Shown: piece after piece, positions 30,945 through 41,610 of the stretch
Numbering within the stretch: the first letter of the stretch is position 1
Layout of the letters: every line of letters starts with the position of its first letter
NCBI GenBank assembly: GCA_021325135.1
Contig: JAJPHT010000010.1
Span: forward strand, 1-61,176
Direction: 5' to 3'
DNA from: Pseudomonadota bacterium
GTDB taxonomy: Archaea; Thermoplasmatota; SW-10-69-26; JACQPN01; JAJPHT01
DNA: 61,176 nucleotides
Made by a program: the position numbers and the translations under genes
The notes under the pieces: generated by a model
Seen by the model: the letters and a program-made list of their open reading frames with translations, nothing else
Told to the model about the DNA's origin: nothing
Databases searched by the model: none

Positions 30945-32135
30945 ATGGTCACGTTCGAGCTTGCGCCCGGCGAGGCGCGCGTCATCCGCGACCTCGGCGC
31001 GTTCGTGGAGTCCGAGGTCGTCCCGCTCCAGGAGCGATATCAGCCCATGTTCGACCACGAAGGGGTCGGCATCCTGCCCGAGGGCACGCTGCACCCGGAC
31101 CTCCTGCGCGCGAGCCGCGAGCTTCGCCGCCGCAGCGCCAAGGAGGGCTTCTACGCGATGCACCTCCCCGAGGAGATGGGCGGGCGCGGCGTCAGCTTCT
31201 GCGGCCTGCTCCAGGCGCACAAAGAGGTCTTCCGCCACGGCCTTGGCTTCACGCTGTCTGTGCTGGCCACCATCGAGGGCCCCAGCCGCATGCTGGGCTC
31301 GCTGGACGCGCAGCAGCGCCGCCGCTGGCTCGACCCCCTGGTGCGCGGCGAGAAGACGACGTGCTTCGCCCTCACCGAGCCGGGCGCGGGCAGCGACGTG
31401 CGCAACATCCAGACCCGGGCGCGCCAGGAGGGGGACGAATGGGTGATCGACGGGACCAAGATGTTCATCACCAACGGGCCCTACGCGGACTTCGCGCAGG
31501 TCTTCGCGCGCACGAGCGACGAGGACGGGCTGGGCAGCCTCACCGCGTTCCTCGTGGAGAAGGGCACGCCGGGCTTCACCGTGGGCGAGACGCTGGAGAC
31601 GATCGCCAACAACGGCCTCCCCTGCGAGCTTCGCTTCGAGGCGTGCCGCGTGCCGCAGGAGAGCGTCATCGGGGGCGTGGGCGAGGGGTTCTTCCACGCG
31701 CTCACGAACATCAACGACACGCGCATCCAGAACGGCGGCATGGCCATCGGCCTCGCGCAGTTCTGCCTGGACCGCACCGTGGAGTACGTGACGCAGCGCA
31801 CGGCGTTCGGGAAGCCCGTCGCGAAGTACCAGGGCGTGAGCTTCCCGCTGGCCGACTCGATGACCGAGCTTCGCGCCGCCGAGGCCCTGGCCACGTGGGC
31901 CGCGTGGCGCATCGACTCGGGCGAGAGCGCCATCCAGGAGACCAGCATGACGAAGCTCTACTGCACCGAGATGCTCTGGGACGTGGCGGACCGCTGCATC
32001 CAGGCCCACGGCGCGGTGGGCGTCCTGCGCCGCGCGCAGATCGAGCGCGTCCTCCGCTGGGCCCGCGTCATGCGCATCTGGGAAGGCACCTCGGAGATCC
32101 AGCGCATGACCATCGCCAAGACGATGGGGCTCTGA
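30945..32135 (+). CDS. Acyl-CoA dehydrogenase
   Basis: CFALTEPGAGSD, W.IDGTKMFITNG, R.AFGKP, RIWEGTSEIQR. Confidence 0.95.
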   Translation: MVTFELAPGEARVIRDLGAFVESEVVPLQERYQPMFDHEGVGILPEGTLHPDLLRASRELRRRSAKEGFYAMHLPEEMGGRGVSFCGLLQAHKEVFRHGLGFTLSVLATIEGPSRMLGSLDAQQRRRWLDPLVRGEKTTCFALTEPGAGSDVRNIQTRARQEGDEWVIDGTKMFITNGPYADFAQVFARTSDEDGLGSLTAFLVEKGTPGFTVGETLETIANNGLPCELRFEACRVPQESVIGGVGEGFFHALTNINDTRIQNGGMAIGLAQFCLDRTVEYVTQRTAFGKPVAKYQGVSFPLADSMTELRAAEALATWAAWRIDSGESAIQETSMTKLYCTEMLWDVADRCIQAHGAVGVLRRAQIERVLRWARVMRIWEGTSEIQRMTIAKTMGL

Positions 32136-32254
32136 GGCGCCCCCTCCCTGGCGTGGCCGGTCGTTCACGCTCGTTCGGGGGGCGCCCCCGGCGGGCGTCG
32201 CTCACCACCCGTGCTTGCCGCTGGCTTGAAACCGCTCGGCTCCGCTCCCGCGCC

Positions 32255-34819
32255 ATGGACGTGCTGCCGTATCGGCTGCCCGGGATTGTGCGCCCCCTCC
32301 ACTACGTCATCGACCTCGCGGCCCACGTGGGGCGGCCCACGTTCGAGGGCGTCGTGCGCATCGAGGTGGAGATCGTCCAGCCCACGCGCGAGGTGGAGCT
32401 CCACGCCCGCGACATGACGTTCCACGAGGTGGGCGCCGAGTCCAGCGGCCGGAGGCTCGCGGGCGAGGCGCACGCCGACGCGTCGCGGGAGAAGCTGACG
32501 CTGCGCTTCCCCGAGGCGCTCCCCAAGGGCCCCGCCGCGGTGTGGGTGCGCTTCACGGGGCAGGTGAGCCACAACATGGAGGGGCTCTACCTCTCCAAGG
32601 ACGGCGCGGAGGAGTGCCTCGCCACGCAGTGCGAGGAGACCGACGCGCGCGGCATCTTCCCCTGCTTCGACGAGCCCGCGTTCAAGGCGACGTTCCAGTG
32701 GGTCGTCACCACCGACGCGGCCAACGTCGTGCTGGCCAACGGCCCCGCGCAGAAGGTGGAGGACGCCCCGGGCGGCCAGAGGAGGTGGACCTTCGCGCCC
32801 ACGCGCAGGATGTCCAGCTACCTCGTGGCGCTGGCGGTGGGGCGCTTCGCCTCGACGCCCGAGATCAAGGCGCGCGACGTGCCGCTGCGCGTCTGGGCCA
32901 TGAAGGGCAAGGAGGGGCTGGGCGGCTGGAGCAACGAGCTCGCCGCGCGCGCCATCCCGTGGTTCGAGGACTACTTCGCGATCCCCTACCCCTTCGGCAA
33001 GTACGACCAGATCGCGCTGCCCAGCTTCAGCGCGGGCGCCATGGAGAACGCGGGCCTCGTGACCTTCCGCCAGGTCTACCTCCTGCTGGACCCCAAGACC
33101 GCGTCGTTCAAGGCGAAGAAGGCCGCCGCGCGCGTCATCGCCCACGAGATGGCGCACATGTGGTTCGGCGACCTCGTCACCATGGCGTGGTGGGACGACA
33201 TCTGGCTCAACGAGAGCTTCGCCGAGTGGATCGCCCACAAGACCGTGGCCGCGCTCCAGCCCGACTACCGCATCTGGGAGGACTTCCAGCTTGGCAAGGC
33301 CGCGGCGCTTGCGCCCGACGCGCTGGAGTCCACGCACCCCATCTACTCCCCCGTGGAGACGCCCGCCCAGGCCACCGAGCTTTTCGACCTCATCACCTAT
33401 CAGAAGGGGAGCAGCGTCATGCGCATGCTGGAGACCTTCCTGGGCGAGGAGGCGTTCCGCGCCGGCCTGCGGACGTACATGAAGGAGTTCGCCGAGTCCA
33501 ACGCCCGGGGCGCCGACCTCTGGCGCCACCTCGCGCACGCCTCGCGCCAGCCCGTGGGCGAGATCATGGAGTCGTGGATTCTCCAGGGCGGGCACCCCGT
33601 GGTGGCCGCGACGCTGGAGGGCTCGACGCTCCGCGTCTCGCAGCGCCGCTTCCTCTCCTCGCCCCGCGCGAAGCCCACCGGCCAGACGTGGCGCGTGCCC
33701 CTCATCGTGCGCTGGCGCGACGACGCGGGCGTCCACGAGGCGCGCCACCTGCTGCGCGGCGAGGAGGAGGCCGTGCCCCTCGCGCTGCACGGCAAGGCGC
33801 GCTGGCTCACGGCCAACGCGGACGCCGTGGGCTTCTACCGCCAGGACCTCTCCGACGACCTCCAGAAGGGGCTCGTCGCGCACGTCGCCGACCTCTCCGC
33901 CTTCGAGCAGATGGGCATGCTGGACGACGCGTGGGGGCTCGCGCGCAACGCCTCGCGCCCCCTCACGCGCTACCTCGACGCGCTGGACGCCGTGCTGCGC
34001 CACGCGACGAACCCCACCGTCCTCGACCGCGTCGTGGACGAGGCCGTCGCGCTGGAAGGGCTCCTGGAGGACGCGGGCGACGCGCAGGCCCTCGCCCGGT
34101 TCCGCGCGTGGGTGGGCGCCGCCTTCCGCCCGCGCTGGGAGCGCCTGGGCGCCGAGCCCCACGCGGGCGAGCCGCGCGACGACGCGCTCCTGCGCGCGGC
34201 CGCGCTGCGCGCCATGGCGAGCCTCGCGCGCGACCCCGCCGCCATCGAGGCCGCCGTCCGCATCGCGCAGCGCGAGGCGCAGGACCCCGCCAGCGTGGAC
34301 GCGAACCTCGCCGGCACGGCCGTCCTCGTCTCCGCGCAGTTCGGCGACATCGCGCGCCTCCAGCGCCACGTCCAGCTCTACGAGGAGCGCCGCGCGAGGC
34401 AGGCCCCTCCCGCCGACACGCAGCGCTACCTCACGAGCTTCGCCTTCTTCCGCGACGACGCCTCGCTCCTGGCCGTGCTGCGGCTCGTGGACGAGAAGCG
34501 CATGCCCCTGGAGGCCGTGGGCCCGCTGCTGCGCCTCATGTTCGGCGAGCGGTGGGCTCGCCTCGCCGCGTGGAACTACCTCAAGGCGCACTGGGGGGAC
34601 CTGCGCGCGAGCCTGGGCGACATGTGGACGGGCAACCTCGTGGAGGCCAGCGGCCAGATCCCGCCGACCTTCAAGGACGACTTCGTCCACTTCTACGCCG
34701 AGCACCTGGGCGCCGTCGCGCAGCAGGCCTACGCCCGCGCGCTGGAGTCGCTGGAGCTGCGCGGCGAGTTCCAGGCCCGCACGCGGGGCGACCTCGTGGC
34801 GTGGTTCCGCGCACGGTGA
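32255..34819 (+). CDS. M1 family aminopeptidase (PepN / tricorn-interacting factor-like) with ERAP1_C domain
   Basis: FPCFDEP.FKATF, GAMEN, HEMAH.WFG...W.DIWLNE, Y.KG. Confidence 0.95.
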   Translation: MDVLPYRLPGIVRPLHYVIDLAAHVGRPTFEGVVRIEVEIVQPTREVELHARDMTFHEVGAESSGRRLAGEAHADASREKLTLRFPEALPKGPAAVWVRFTGQVSHNMEGLYLSKDGAEECLATQCEETDARGIFPCFDEPAFKATFQWVVTTDAANVVLANGPAQKVEDAPGGQRRWTFAPTRRMSSYLVALAVGRFASTPEIKARDVPLRVWAMKGKEGLGGWSNELAARAIPWFEDYFAIPYPFGKYDQIALPSFSAGAMENAGLVTFRQVYLLLDPKTASFKAKKAAARVIAHEMAHMWFGDLVTMAWWDDIWLNESFAEWIAHKTVAALQPDYRIWEDFQLGKAAALAPDALESTHPIYSPVETPAQATELFDLITYQKGSSVMRMLETFLGEEAFRAGLRTYMKEFAESNARGADLWRHLAHASRQPVGEIMESWILQGGHPVVAATLEGSTLRVSQRRFLSSPRAKPTGQTWRVPLIVRWRDDAGVHEARHLLRGEEEAVPLALHGKARWLTANADAVGFYRQDLSDDLQKGLVAHVADLSAFEQMGMLDDAWGLARNASRPLTRYLDALDAVLRHATNPTVLDRVVDEAVALEGLLEDAGDAQALARFRAWVGAAFRPRWERLGAEPHAGEPRDDALLRAAALRAMASLARDPAAIEAAVRIAQREAQDPASVDANLAGTAVLVSAQFGDIARLQRHVQLYEERRARQAPPADTQRYLTSFAFFRDDASLLAVLRLVDEKRMPLEAVGPLLRLMFGERWARLAAWNYLKAHWGDLRASLGDMWTGNLVEASGQIPPTFKDDFVHFYAEHLGAVAQQAYARALESLELRGEFQARTRGDLVAWFRAR

Positions 34820-34868
34820 GAGGTCGTCGCGAGAACGCCCATAAGCGCGCCAGCCCCCGGAAGGGGCC

Positions 34869-36320
34869 GTGCGAGGCCCCCCGCTGCGAAAGCTCCTGCT
34901 CCTGGGCGGCGCCCTCGTCGCGGTCCTTCTCCTCGTCGGCCTCCCGAGCCTGGGCCAGGACGCGCTTGCGCCCCAGGGCGAGCTGACGGACGCCGAGTGC
35001 TACGGCCACCACAAGCAGGAGGGGTTCCGCAGCATGGACCTCTTCCCGACGACGCTCAGCGAGGTCCCCCAGGGGAAGCCCTTCGACTTCGAGCTCACCA
35101 TCAAGAACCCGTGGCTCGCGGACCTGCAGGACGTGAGCGGCTACGTCAACGTCAGCGACGCGCCCGGCCTGGAGTTCCCCGGCGCGCAGGCGCCGGACGT
35201 CGCGTCGCTGCCCCAGCAGCCCACGGGGCCCACGGGGGCGTCCTACAAGGCGGTGGCGTATCCCGTGGCAGTGAAGGGGGGCGCGACGGAGGTCTACTTC
35301 CGCGTCGCGGGCTCGGAGACGGCGCCGCTGGGGGGCCTCACGCCGGGGCGCGTGCGCAACCAGACCGACTACTACGTCGCCATCCGCGCGCCCGACGGGG
35401 GCCTCGTGGGCGGAGCGCCTCCGCCGGGGGGCGACCAGGCGCAGTACGTCCCCGACGCGGCGGGGCACCACCTGGAGGCCGTCGCGCACGCCAACACGTC
35501 GAGCCTCCTGGCCCACGGGCCCGGCGAGTACGTCGCCACGGTCTACTACGGGGGCCTCGACGCGAGCCCCTACGACGCGTACCAGGCGACGTACTACAAC
35601 GCGACGCAGAACACCGAGCGCGTGCTCAAGGGCCCCGCCGTGCTGCGCCCGGGCGAGCAGTACACGTTCCGGTTCCAGGTCATCGCCAAGGACGCGGAGA
35701 GCCTCCAGCGCATGCGCTACGGCGGCCGCGGCACGGCGTTCCACGACCACCACGAGGAGGACATCGAGAGCGCGGGCGTCTACGACAAGTACGCCACGCT
35801 GGAGCTCCGCACCGGCGCCACGCTCCGCCAGGGGCAGGCCCTGGACACGTCGGGCACGGCGGTCTCCCTCCTGGAGCCCACGCTGCGCCGCTGGGGCCAG
35901 GTGCTGGGCTTCGCGGGGAGCTTCCTCATCATCCCCAGCCTCGTCTTCGGCGGCACCTTCGGCCGCGGCAGCGTCGCCACGCTCAACCGCTGGTTCGGCG
36001 GCCCGCGCCGGCGCGTGCTGTTCCACAACAGCATGAGCTTCTGGCTCCTCGCCGTCGCGAGCCTCCACATGCTCCTGTTCTTCTACGAGGCGTTCTGGGT
36101 CTGGAGCGCGGGCCTCGTCTGGGGCGGCCTCGCGCTGGCCAGCATGGTGGGCCTCGGCGTCACGGGCGCCACCCAGCGCGGCTTCGTCGCGCGCTGGGGC
36201 TTCAACCGCTGGCGCTTCGTCCACTTCGCCATGGGCGTGCTGGTGGCGGTGTTCGTGATGATCCACATGGTGGCGGACGGGAGCCACTTCGCGTTTGTGC
36301 GCTCGCTGTTCGGCCGGTGA
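34869..36320 (+). CDS. Membrane protein: exported N-terminal domain plus C-terminal 4-TM cytochrome b / ferric-reductase-like domain
   Basis: Signal or anchor helix, CYGHH, C-terminal helices with His in LFHN, SLHM, FVHF, MIHM. Confidence 0.7.
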   Translation: MRGPPLRKLLLLGGALVAVLLLVGLPSLGQDALAPQGELTDAECYGHHKQEGFRSMDLFPTTLSEVPQGKPFDFELTIKNPWLADLQDVSGYVNVSDAPGLEFPGAQAPDVASLPQQPTGPTGASYKAVAYPVAVKGGATEVYFRVAGSETAPLGGLTPGRVRNQTDYYVAIRAPDGGLVGGAPPPGGDQAQYVPDAAGHHLEAVAHANTSSLLAHGPGEYVATVYYGGLDASPYDAYQATYYNATQNTERVLKGPAVLRPGEQYTFRFQVIAKDAESLQRMRYGGRGTAFHDHHEEDIESAGVYDKYATLELRTGATLRQGQALDTSGTAVSLLEPTLRRWGQVLGFAGSFLIIPSLVFGGTFGRGSVATLNRWFGGPRRRVLFHNSMSFWLLAVASLHMLLFFYEAFWVWSAGLVWGGLALASMVGLGVTGATQRGFVARWGFNRWRFVHFAMGVLVAVFVMIHMVADGSHFAFVRSLFGR

Positions 36321-36325
36321 GCGCC

Positions 36326-38134
36326 TCACGCGCCCTTGGGGGGCTCCGCCGCCAGCGGCCCGTCCGCGGCCGGGATGGAAAAGGCGAAGGTCGCGCCCTT
36401 ACCGGGCCCGTCGCTCTCGCACCAGATGCGGCCGCCGTGGCTCTCGACGATGCCGCGGCAGATGTAGAGGCCCAGGCCCGTGCCGGCGTTGGTCTTCTGC
36501 ATGGTGTCGTGGACCTGGCTGAAGGGCTCGAAGAGCTTCGCGATGTCGTCCGCCTTCAGGCCGATGCCGCTGTCGGTCACGCGCACCGTGACCGCGTCCG
36601 CCTTGCGCGCGGCCTCGACGCGGATGGCGCCTCCGCGGGGCGTGAACTTCATGGCGTTCCCCACGAGGTTGAACACCACCTGGGAGAGGCGCTTGGGGTC
36701 GAGGTCCGCCCAGAGGTCGGGCTCCAGGGCGACGTCGAGCCTCACGCCGTTGGCGCGGGCGACGTCGGCGAAGCTCTCCAGCGACTCCAGGATGAGGGGC
36801 GAGGCGTCGAGGCGCGCCTTGGTGATCTTCAGGCCGCCGGACTGGATGCGCGCCACCTCCAGGAACTCGTCCACGAGGCTGGAGAGGCGCGCGAGGTTGC
36901 GCTCCAGCATGTCCATGGCGCGCTTGCGGCCCTCGCCCTCGCTGGGCGCGTTCTTGAGGATGTGGAGCTGGACCTTGATGGGGGTGAGCGGCGTGCGCAG
37001 CTCGTGGCTGAGCGTGTTGACGAACTGCGTCTTGAGGCGGTCAAGCTCGCGGAGGCGCTCGATCTCGGCCGCCCTCTTGGCGTTGAGCGCGCGCTCCTGC
37101 TCCACCTGGATGCGGTCGGTGATGTCGCGGATGATGGTCTGGTCCGCCGTCTGGCCCGCGAAGACGATGGGCTGGCCCATGATCTCCACGTCCACCGGGC
37201 GCCCGTCGAGGCGCAGCGCGCGGATCTCCATGCGCGGCGTCGTGAGGCCCTCCTTCTCCACGAGGGCGACGCGCGCCATGACCTCGGGCAGGAAGTCGGG
37301 GTGGACGAGGCCCGCGACCTCGGTGCCGAGAAGCTCCTCGGCGGAGCGCGCGCCGAAGAGGCGGCCCGCGGCGGCGTTGGCGTAGACGACGCGCCCCGCG
37401 CTGTGCACGAGGAAGGCGTCGGGCGCGTTCTCCACGAGGCGGCGATAGCGCTCCTCGCTCTCCTGCGCGGCCTGCACGGCGCCCTGGAGCGCCTCCTCGC
37501 GGATCTCAAGCTCCGCCTTGCGGCGCGTCTCGGAGAGGCGCAGCGACTCCATGCGCTCGTAGGCGCGCAGGCGCACCGCGTGGAACGTGCCCGCCAGCAC
37601 CATGCCCGCGGCGAGGCCGAAGCCGAAGGTGGTCCACTGCGGGCCGGGGCGCATGGCGACGAAGGGAATCCACGCGCCGGCCGTGGCGCCCAGGAAGCCG
37701 GCGAGCCAGATGGACGAGAGGGTGAGGCACCCCGCGCCCACGACGAAGAGGATGAGGTACACCGTCTGGTTGGGGTCGGGCACGAGGGCCATCGTCGCGA
37801 CGATGTCCAGGAGGAGGAAGCCCGCCACCACGGCCAGCGCAGGGTGCCCCTGGGAGGCCTTGAGCGGGTGCTGCCGGAGGTAGATGTGCCCCGCCAGGAG
37901 GCCGAGACCCATCACGCCGTCCAGGATGGAGAGGGGCAGGTAGGGGTCGCGGACGCGGAAGTCCGCGTCGAGGACGAGGAAGAAGAGGTACAGGCACCCG
38001 ACGCCCAGGGTCAGGGGCCCCAGGCTCTCGGCCACCAGCGCGTCCAGCGCCTTCCGGACCTCGCGGTGGTGGACGTCGGCCTCCTCGCGCGAGCCTTCGT
38101 CGGCGAGGGCGCTCCAGAGGGCGGCCGGGAGCAT
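36326..38134 (-). CDS. Membrane-bound PAS sensor histidine kinase
   Basis: About 5-6 TM, PAS, SHELRTPLT, NLVGNAMKFT, DSGIG, GTGLGL. Confidence 0.93.
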   Translation of the reverse strand: MLPAALWSALADEGSREEADVHHREVRKALDALVAESLGPLTLGVGCLYLFFLVLDADFRVRDPYLPLSILDGVMGLGLLAGHIYLRQHPLKASQGHPALAVVAGFLLLDIVATMALVPDPNQTVYLILFVVGAGCLTLSSIWLAGFLGATAGAWIPFVAMRPGPQWTTFGFGLAAGMVLAGTFHAVRLRAYERMESLRLSETRRKAELEIREEALQGAVQAAQESEERYRRLVENAPDAFLVHSAGRVVYANAAAGRLFGARSAEELLGTEVAGLVHPDFLPEVMARVALVEKEGLTTPRMEIRALRLDGRPVDVEIMGQPIVFAGQTADQTIIRDITDRIQVEQERALNAKRAAEIERLRELDRLKTQFVNTLSHELRTPLTPIKVQLHILKNAPSEGEGRKRAMDMLERNLARLSSLVDEFLEVARIQSGGLKITKARLDASPLILESLESFADVARANGVRLDVALEPDLWADLDPKRLSQVVFNLVGNAMKFTPRGGAIRVEAARKADAVTVRVTDSGIGLKADDIAKLFEPFSQVHDTMQKTNAGTGLGLYICRGIVESHGGRIWCESDGPGKGATFAFSIPAADGPLAAEPPKGA

Positions 38135-38202
38135 GCGCGAGATTTGGTCGATCGCCCCCCTCCTTTAAGGGCTCCGGGACCGGCCCCTAGTAAAAAAGTC
38201 CG

Positions 38203-38454
38203 TCAGGCGCCGAAGAGACGCGTCGCGACCCAGCGGGCGCGGGCGACGGTCTCCTGGGGCGGCGCGTGGCCGTGGCGCTGGGCCCAGCCCAGACCGTCCC
38301 CCGCCTCGCTGGCGACGATGAACGCCTCGACACCCTCCAGGGTGGCGCCGATGGCCTCCAGGGCGCCCAGGGAGAGGCCGGCGGCGCGGGCGTGGTGCTC
38401 GGCCATCTCGGCGAGCGCCGGGGGGACCTCGTGGCTGTAACGCACGGAGAGCAT
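38203..38454 (-). CDS. Small hypothetical protein
   Basis: 83-aa ORF with GGGAG SD and host codon bias filling the gap. Confidence 0.5.
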   Translation of the reverse strand: MLSVRYSHEVPPALAEMAEHHARAAGLSLGALEAIGATLEGVEAFIVASEAGDGLGWAQRHGHAPPQETVARARWVATRLFGA

Positions 38455-38548
38455 CGCTCCCTGGGACCGCGGTGCGGTGCTTCATCCCTTGCGGGCCGGC
38501 CCTCGTCCTGAACTCCCTTGGGGACCCGGCGGACCGGACGTGAAGGGG

Positions 38549-39535
38549 TCAACGCTTGAGGCCGACCATGGGGGGCGCCCCGGCCTTGATGGCGGCGAGG
38601 TCGCCGGCGAGGCGCTTCACGAGGTCGGGCCGCCAGAGGAGGTCCTTGCGCGCCTTGGTGCTGTCGTAGCTCATGGGCACCGTGAGGCTCTGGAGCAGCT
38701 CGCGGCTGACGGGGGGCGTCTTGCGCAGCGTCTTGTAGGCGCCCTCGACGACGCCGGCCGCGCCCACCACGAGGCCCGCGGGGACGCGGCGGCGCGGCAC
38801 GGGGAGGCCGGCCTCCTCGCACGCGGCCACGAGCAGCTCGGTGATGCGCAGGTTCTCGTCCACGAGGAGGTAGGGGCCCTGGCCGCGCAGCGCGCAGAGG
38901 AGGATGCCCTCCGCGGCGTCCTCCACGTGGACGAACCCCTTTACCGCGTCGTCGGCGGGGAGAGCGGGCAGGCGGCCGCGGGCGAGCCACTCCAGCAGCG
39001 GGTCGAAGGGGCCGCCGCGCCCCAGCACCACGCCGGGCATGGGGATGGCGCTGGCCAGGGGCGCGTGGGCGGCCAATTCGTGCGCCTCGGTCTTGGTGCG
39101 CTCGTACTCGCTCTGGTACGAGCCGTTGCGCACCGACTCCTCGTTGGCGGGCCCCGCGCCGGTGACGCCCAGGGCGGCGATGCTGGAGACGTGGACCACC
39201 TTGGAGACGCCCGCGCGCTCCGCGGCGTGGAGCACGTTGCGCGTGCCCTCGACGTTGGTCCTGCGGAAGAGGGGGAGCTTGCGCCGCGGGAGCCCGTAGC
39301 CCACCCACGCCGCCGCGTGGACGACGAGGTGCTGCCCCGAGAGGTCCAGCGTCGCGGGCTCGGTCACGTCGCCCCGCACGATCCGGCAGCCGAGCCGCTC
39401 CAAGGGCCCCGCGGAGGTGCGGGGGCGGACGAGGCAGGTGACCTGCGCGCCCTCCTCCACGAGCTTGCGCGCGACGACGCCCCCGATGAAGCCCGTGCCG
39501 CCCGTGAGGTAGACCTTGCGGCCGGCGAATCGCAT
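38549..39535 (-). CDS. NAD-dependent epimerase/dehydratase (extended SDR)
   Basis: TGGTGFIG, HAAA, NVEGT.NV, HVSS, YERTK, VHVED.A. Confidence 0.92.
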   Translation of the reverse strand: MRFAGRKVYLTGGTGFIGGVVARKLVEEGAQVTCLVRPRTSAGPLERLGCRIVRGDVTEPATLDLSGQHLVVHAAAWVGYGLPRRKLPLFRRTNVEGTRNVLHAAERAGVSKVVHVSSIAALGVTGAGPANEESVRNGSYQSEYERTKTEAHELAAHAPLASAIPMPGVVLGRGGPFDPLLEWLARGRLPALPADDAVKGFVHVEDAAEGILLCALRGQGPYLLVDENLRITELLVAACEEAGLPVPRRRVPAGLVVGAAGVVEGAYKTLRKTPPVSRELLQSLTVPMSYDSTKARKDLLWRPDLVKRLAGDLAAIKAGAPPMVGLKR

Positions 39536-39582
39536 CGGGCTCCCGAGGAAGTCCCCGGGCATGAGGCCTTCGGGAATCCGGT

Positions 39583-40116
39583 CTACGAAGCGGCCCGCGG
39601 CAGCACGTGGACGACGCCGCGCGCCTCGAAGGCCCCGCCCTCGCGCGGCTCCACGCGCGCCACCACCTCGTAGTCCCCCGGCGGCGCGTCGTGATAGCGT
39701 TCCGCGCACGAGGCGTCGAAGCAGGTGCTCTCCATGAGCGTGCCGTTCCAGCCCAGGGAGGCCTCCTGCGTCTCGCCCGCGGCGAGGCTGCGCGGCGGCG
39801 CGGCCGCGTCGCCGCAGACGTGCTTGTCGCGTCGCTCCAGGGGGACCGCTCCCCCCGCGTGGCCCAGGCGGTAGGCGACGCCCTGCGCGACGAAGGTGAG
39901 GTTGAGGCCGTTGCCCGCGTCGCAGAGGCCGCCGTCGCCCAGGGTGAGCGTGGCGTCGCCGCAGCTCGTCGCGCGCACCGAGAAGACGGTGGCGTTGCCG
40001 GCGCGGATCGTGGCGGACTCGGGGTAGAGCGAGACGCGCGCGCAGGCGCCCTGGGAGGCCACCTGGAGGCAGCCGGGGACGACGAGCAGGGCGAGCGCGA
40101 GGGCGAGGCGCTTCAC
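39583..40116 (-). CDS. Putative lipoprotein with Ig-like domain
   Basis: VKRLALALALLVVPGC lipobox-like start; L.AGE...W.G...PG.Y pattern; GTG overlaps ALDH stop. Confidence 0.65.
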   Translation of the reverse strand: MKRLALALALLVVPGCLQVASQGACARVSLYPESATIRAGNATVFSVRATSCGDATLTLGDGGLCDAGNGLNLTFVAQGVAYRLGHAGGAVPLERRDKHVCGDAAAPPRSLAAGETQEASLGWNGTLMESTCFDASCAERYHDAPPGDYEVVARVEPREGGAFEARGVVHVLPRAAS

Positions 40117-41588
40117 CCGAGGTTCACCATGACGCTCTTGGTGCGCGTGTAGAAGTCCAGCGCGCCGCGGCCCTGCTCGTGGCCGATGCCGCTCATCTTG
40201 AAGCCGCCGAAGGGCGTCTGGGGGAAGGTGACCGGGTACTCGTTGATGGCGACCTGCCCCGACTCCAGCTCCGCCGCGAAGCGGTGCGCGCGCTGGAGAT
40301 TGGAGGTCCAGACGCCCGCGTAGAGGCCGAAGTCCACGGCGTTGGCCAGGGCGATGGCCTCCTCGTCGCTGCCGAACTTGGTCACCGAGAGGACGGGCCC
40401 GAAGATCTCCTCGCGGAAGATGGTCATCTTGGGGTCCACGTCGGTGAAGATGGTGGGCTGGAGGAAGTTGCCGTTGGCCAGCACGGCGTCCGCGGGGCGC
40501 GCGCCGCCCAGCGCGAGCTTCGCGCCCTCGGCCTTGCCCTTCTCCACGTAGGAGGAGACGGTCTTGTGGTGGCCCTTGCTCACCAGGGGCCCCATGCGGA
40601 CGTCCTTGTCGAGGCCGCTGCCCTGCTTCCACCCCTTGGCGAAGTCCGCGAGCTTCTGGACGAAGGAGTCGTGGATGCTCTCGTGGACCAGGAGGCGCGA
40701 GCCGGCCCAGCACATCTGGCCCGCGTTCATGAAGATGCCAAACGCCGCGCCCTTGACGGCCTTCTCCAGGTTCGCGTCGGGGAAGACGACGTTGGGGCTC
40801 TTGCCGCCAAGCTCCAGTGTCACGGGCACGATCTTGCGCGCCGCCTCCTTGAGGAGCTCCTGGCCCGTGGGCACGCTGCCGGTGAGCACGACGCCCGCGG
40901 TCTCGGGGGCGCTCACCAGCACGGGGCCGACCTTCGCGCCGCTGCCGGTGACGACGTTGAAGACGCCCTTGGGGACGCCCGCGTCCTCCATGACCTTCGC
41001 GAGGCGCAGGAAGGAGAGGGGCGTCTCGCTGGCGGGCTTCGCGACCACGGTGTTGCCCGCGGCCAGGGCGGGCGCGACGCTGCGGCAGCCCAGCTGGAAG
41101 GGGTAGTTCCACGGGATGATGTGGACCGTGACGCCGAGAGGCTCCTTGCGCGTGTAGTTGAAGCGCGGGCCCGGCACGGGGATGACGCTCCCCTCGATCT
41201 TGTCGGCCCAGCCGGCGTAGTATTCGAACGTCTGCGCGGCGAAGAGGACGTCCCCCTTGGCCTCGCGGAAGGGCTTGCCGTTGTCCAGCGTCTCGGTCTT
41301 CGCGATCTCGTCCGCGCGCTCGTGGATGAGCGCCGCGACCTTGCGCAGCAGGCGCCCGCGCTCGGCGGGGTCCATCTTGGCCCACGCGGGGTCGTGGTAC
41401 GCCTTGGAGGCGGCCGCGATGGCCTGCCGCGCGTCCTCCTCGGTGGCGGCGGGCACCTCGGCGAGCACGCTCTGGTCGAACGGGTTGACCGTGGGGCGCG
41501 TCGCGCCGTCGCTGGCGCCGACCCACTGGCCGTTGATGAACATCTGCTCGCGGGAGGTCATGCTGGCCGCATCCCGCGTCCCGACCAT
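40113..41588 (-). CDS. Aldehyde dehydrogenase
   Basis: IIPWNYP, KPASETP, LELGGKSP, NAGQMC, EEIFGPV, PFGGFK.SG.G.E. Confidence 0.95.
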   Translation of the reverse strand: MVGTRDAASMTSREQMFINGQWVGASDGATRPTVNPFDQSVLAEVPAATEEDARQAIAAASKAYHDPAWAKMDPAERGRLLRKVAALIHERADEIAKTETLDNGKPFREAKGDVLFAAQTFEYYAGWADKIEGSVIPVPGPRFNYTRKEPLGVTVHIIPWNYPFQLGCRSVAPALAAGNTVVAKPASETPLSFLRLAKVMEDAGVPKGVFNVVTGSGAKVGPVLVSAPETAGVVLTGSVPTGQELLKEAARKIVPVTLELGGKSPNVVFPDANLEKAVKGAAFGIFMNAGQMCWAGSRLLVHESIHDSFVQKLADFAKGWKQGSGLDKDVRMGPLVSKGHHKTVSSYVEKGKAEGAKLALGGARPADAVLANGNFLQPTIFTDVDPKMTIFREEIFGPVLSVTKFGSDEEAIALANAVDFGLYAGVWTSNLQRAHRFAAELESGQVAINEYPVTFPQTPFGGFKMSGIGHEQGRGALDFYTRTKSVMVNLG

Positions 41589-41610
41589 GAAGCTGCCTGC
41601 CGTGGGGCGG

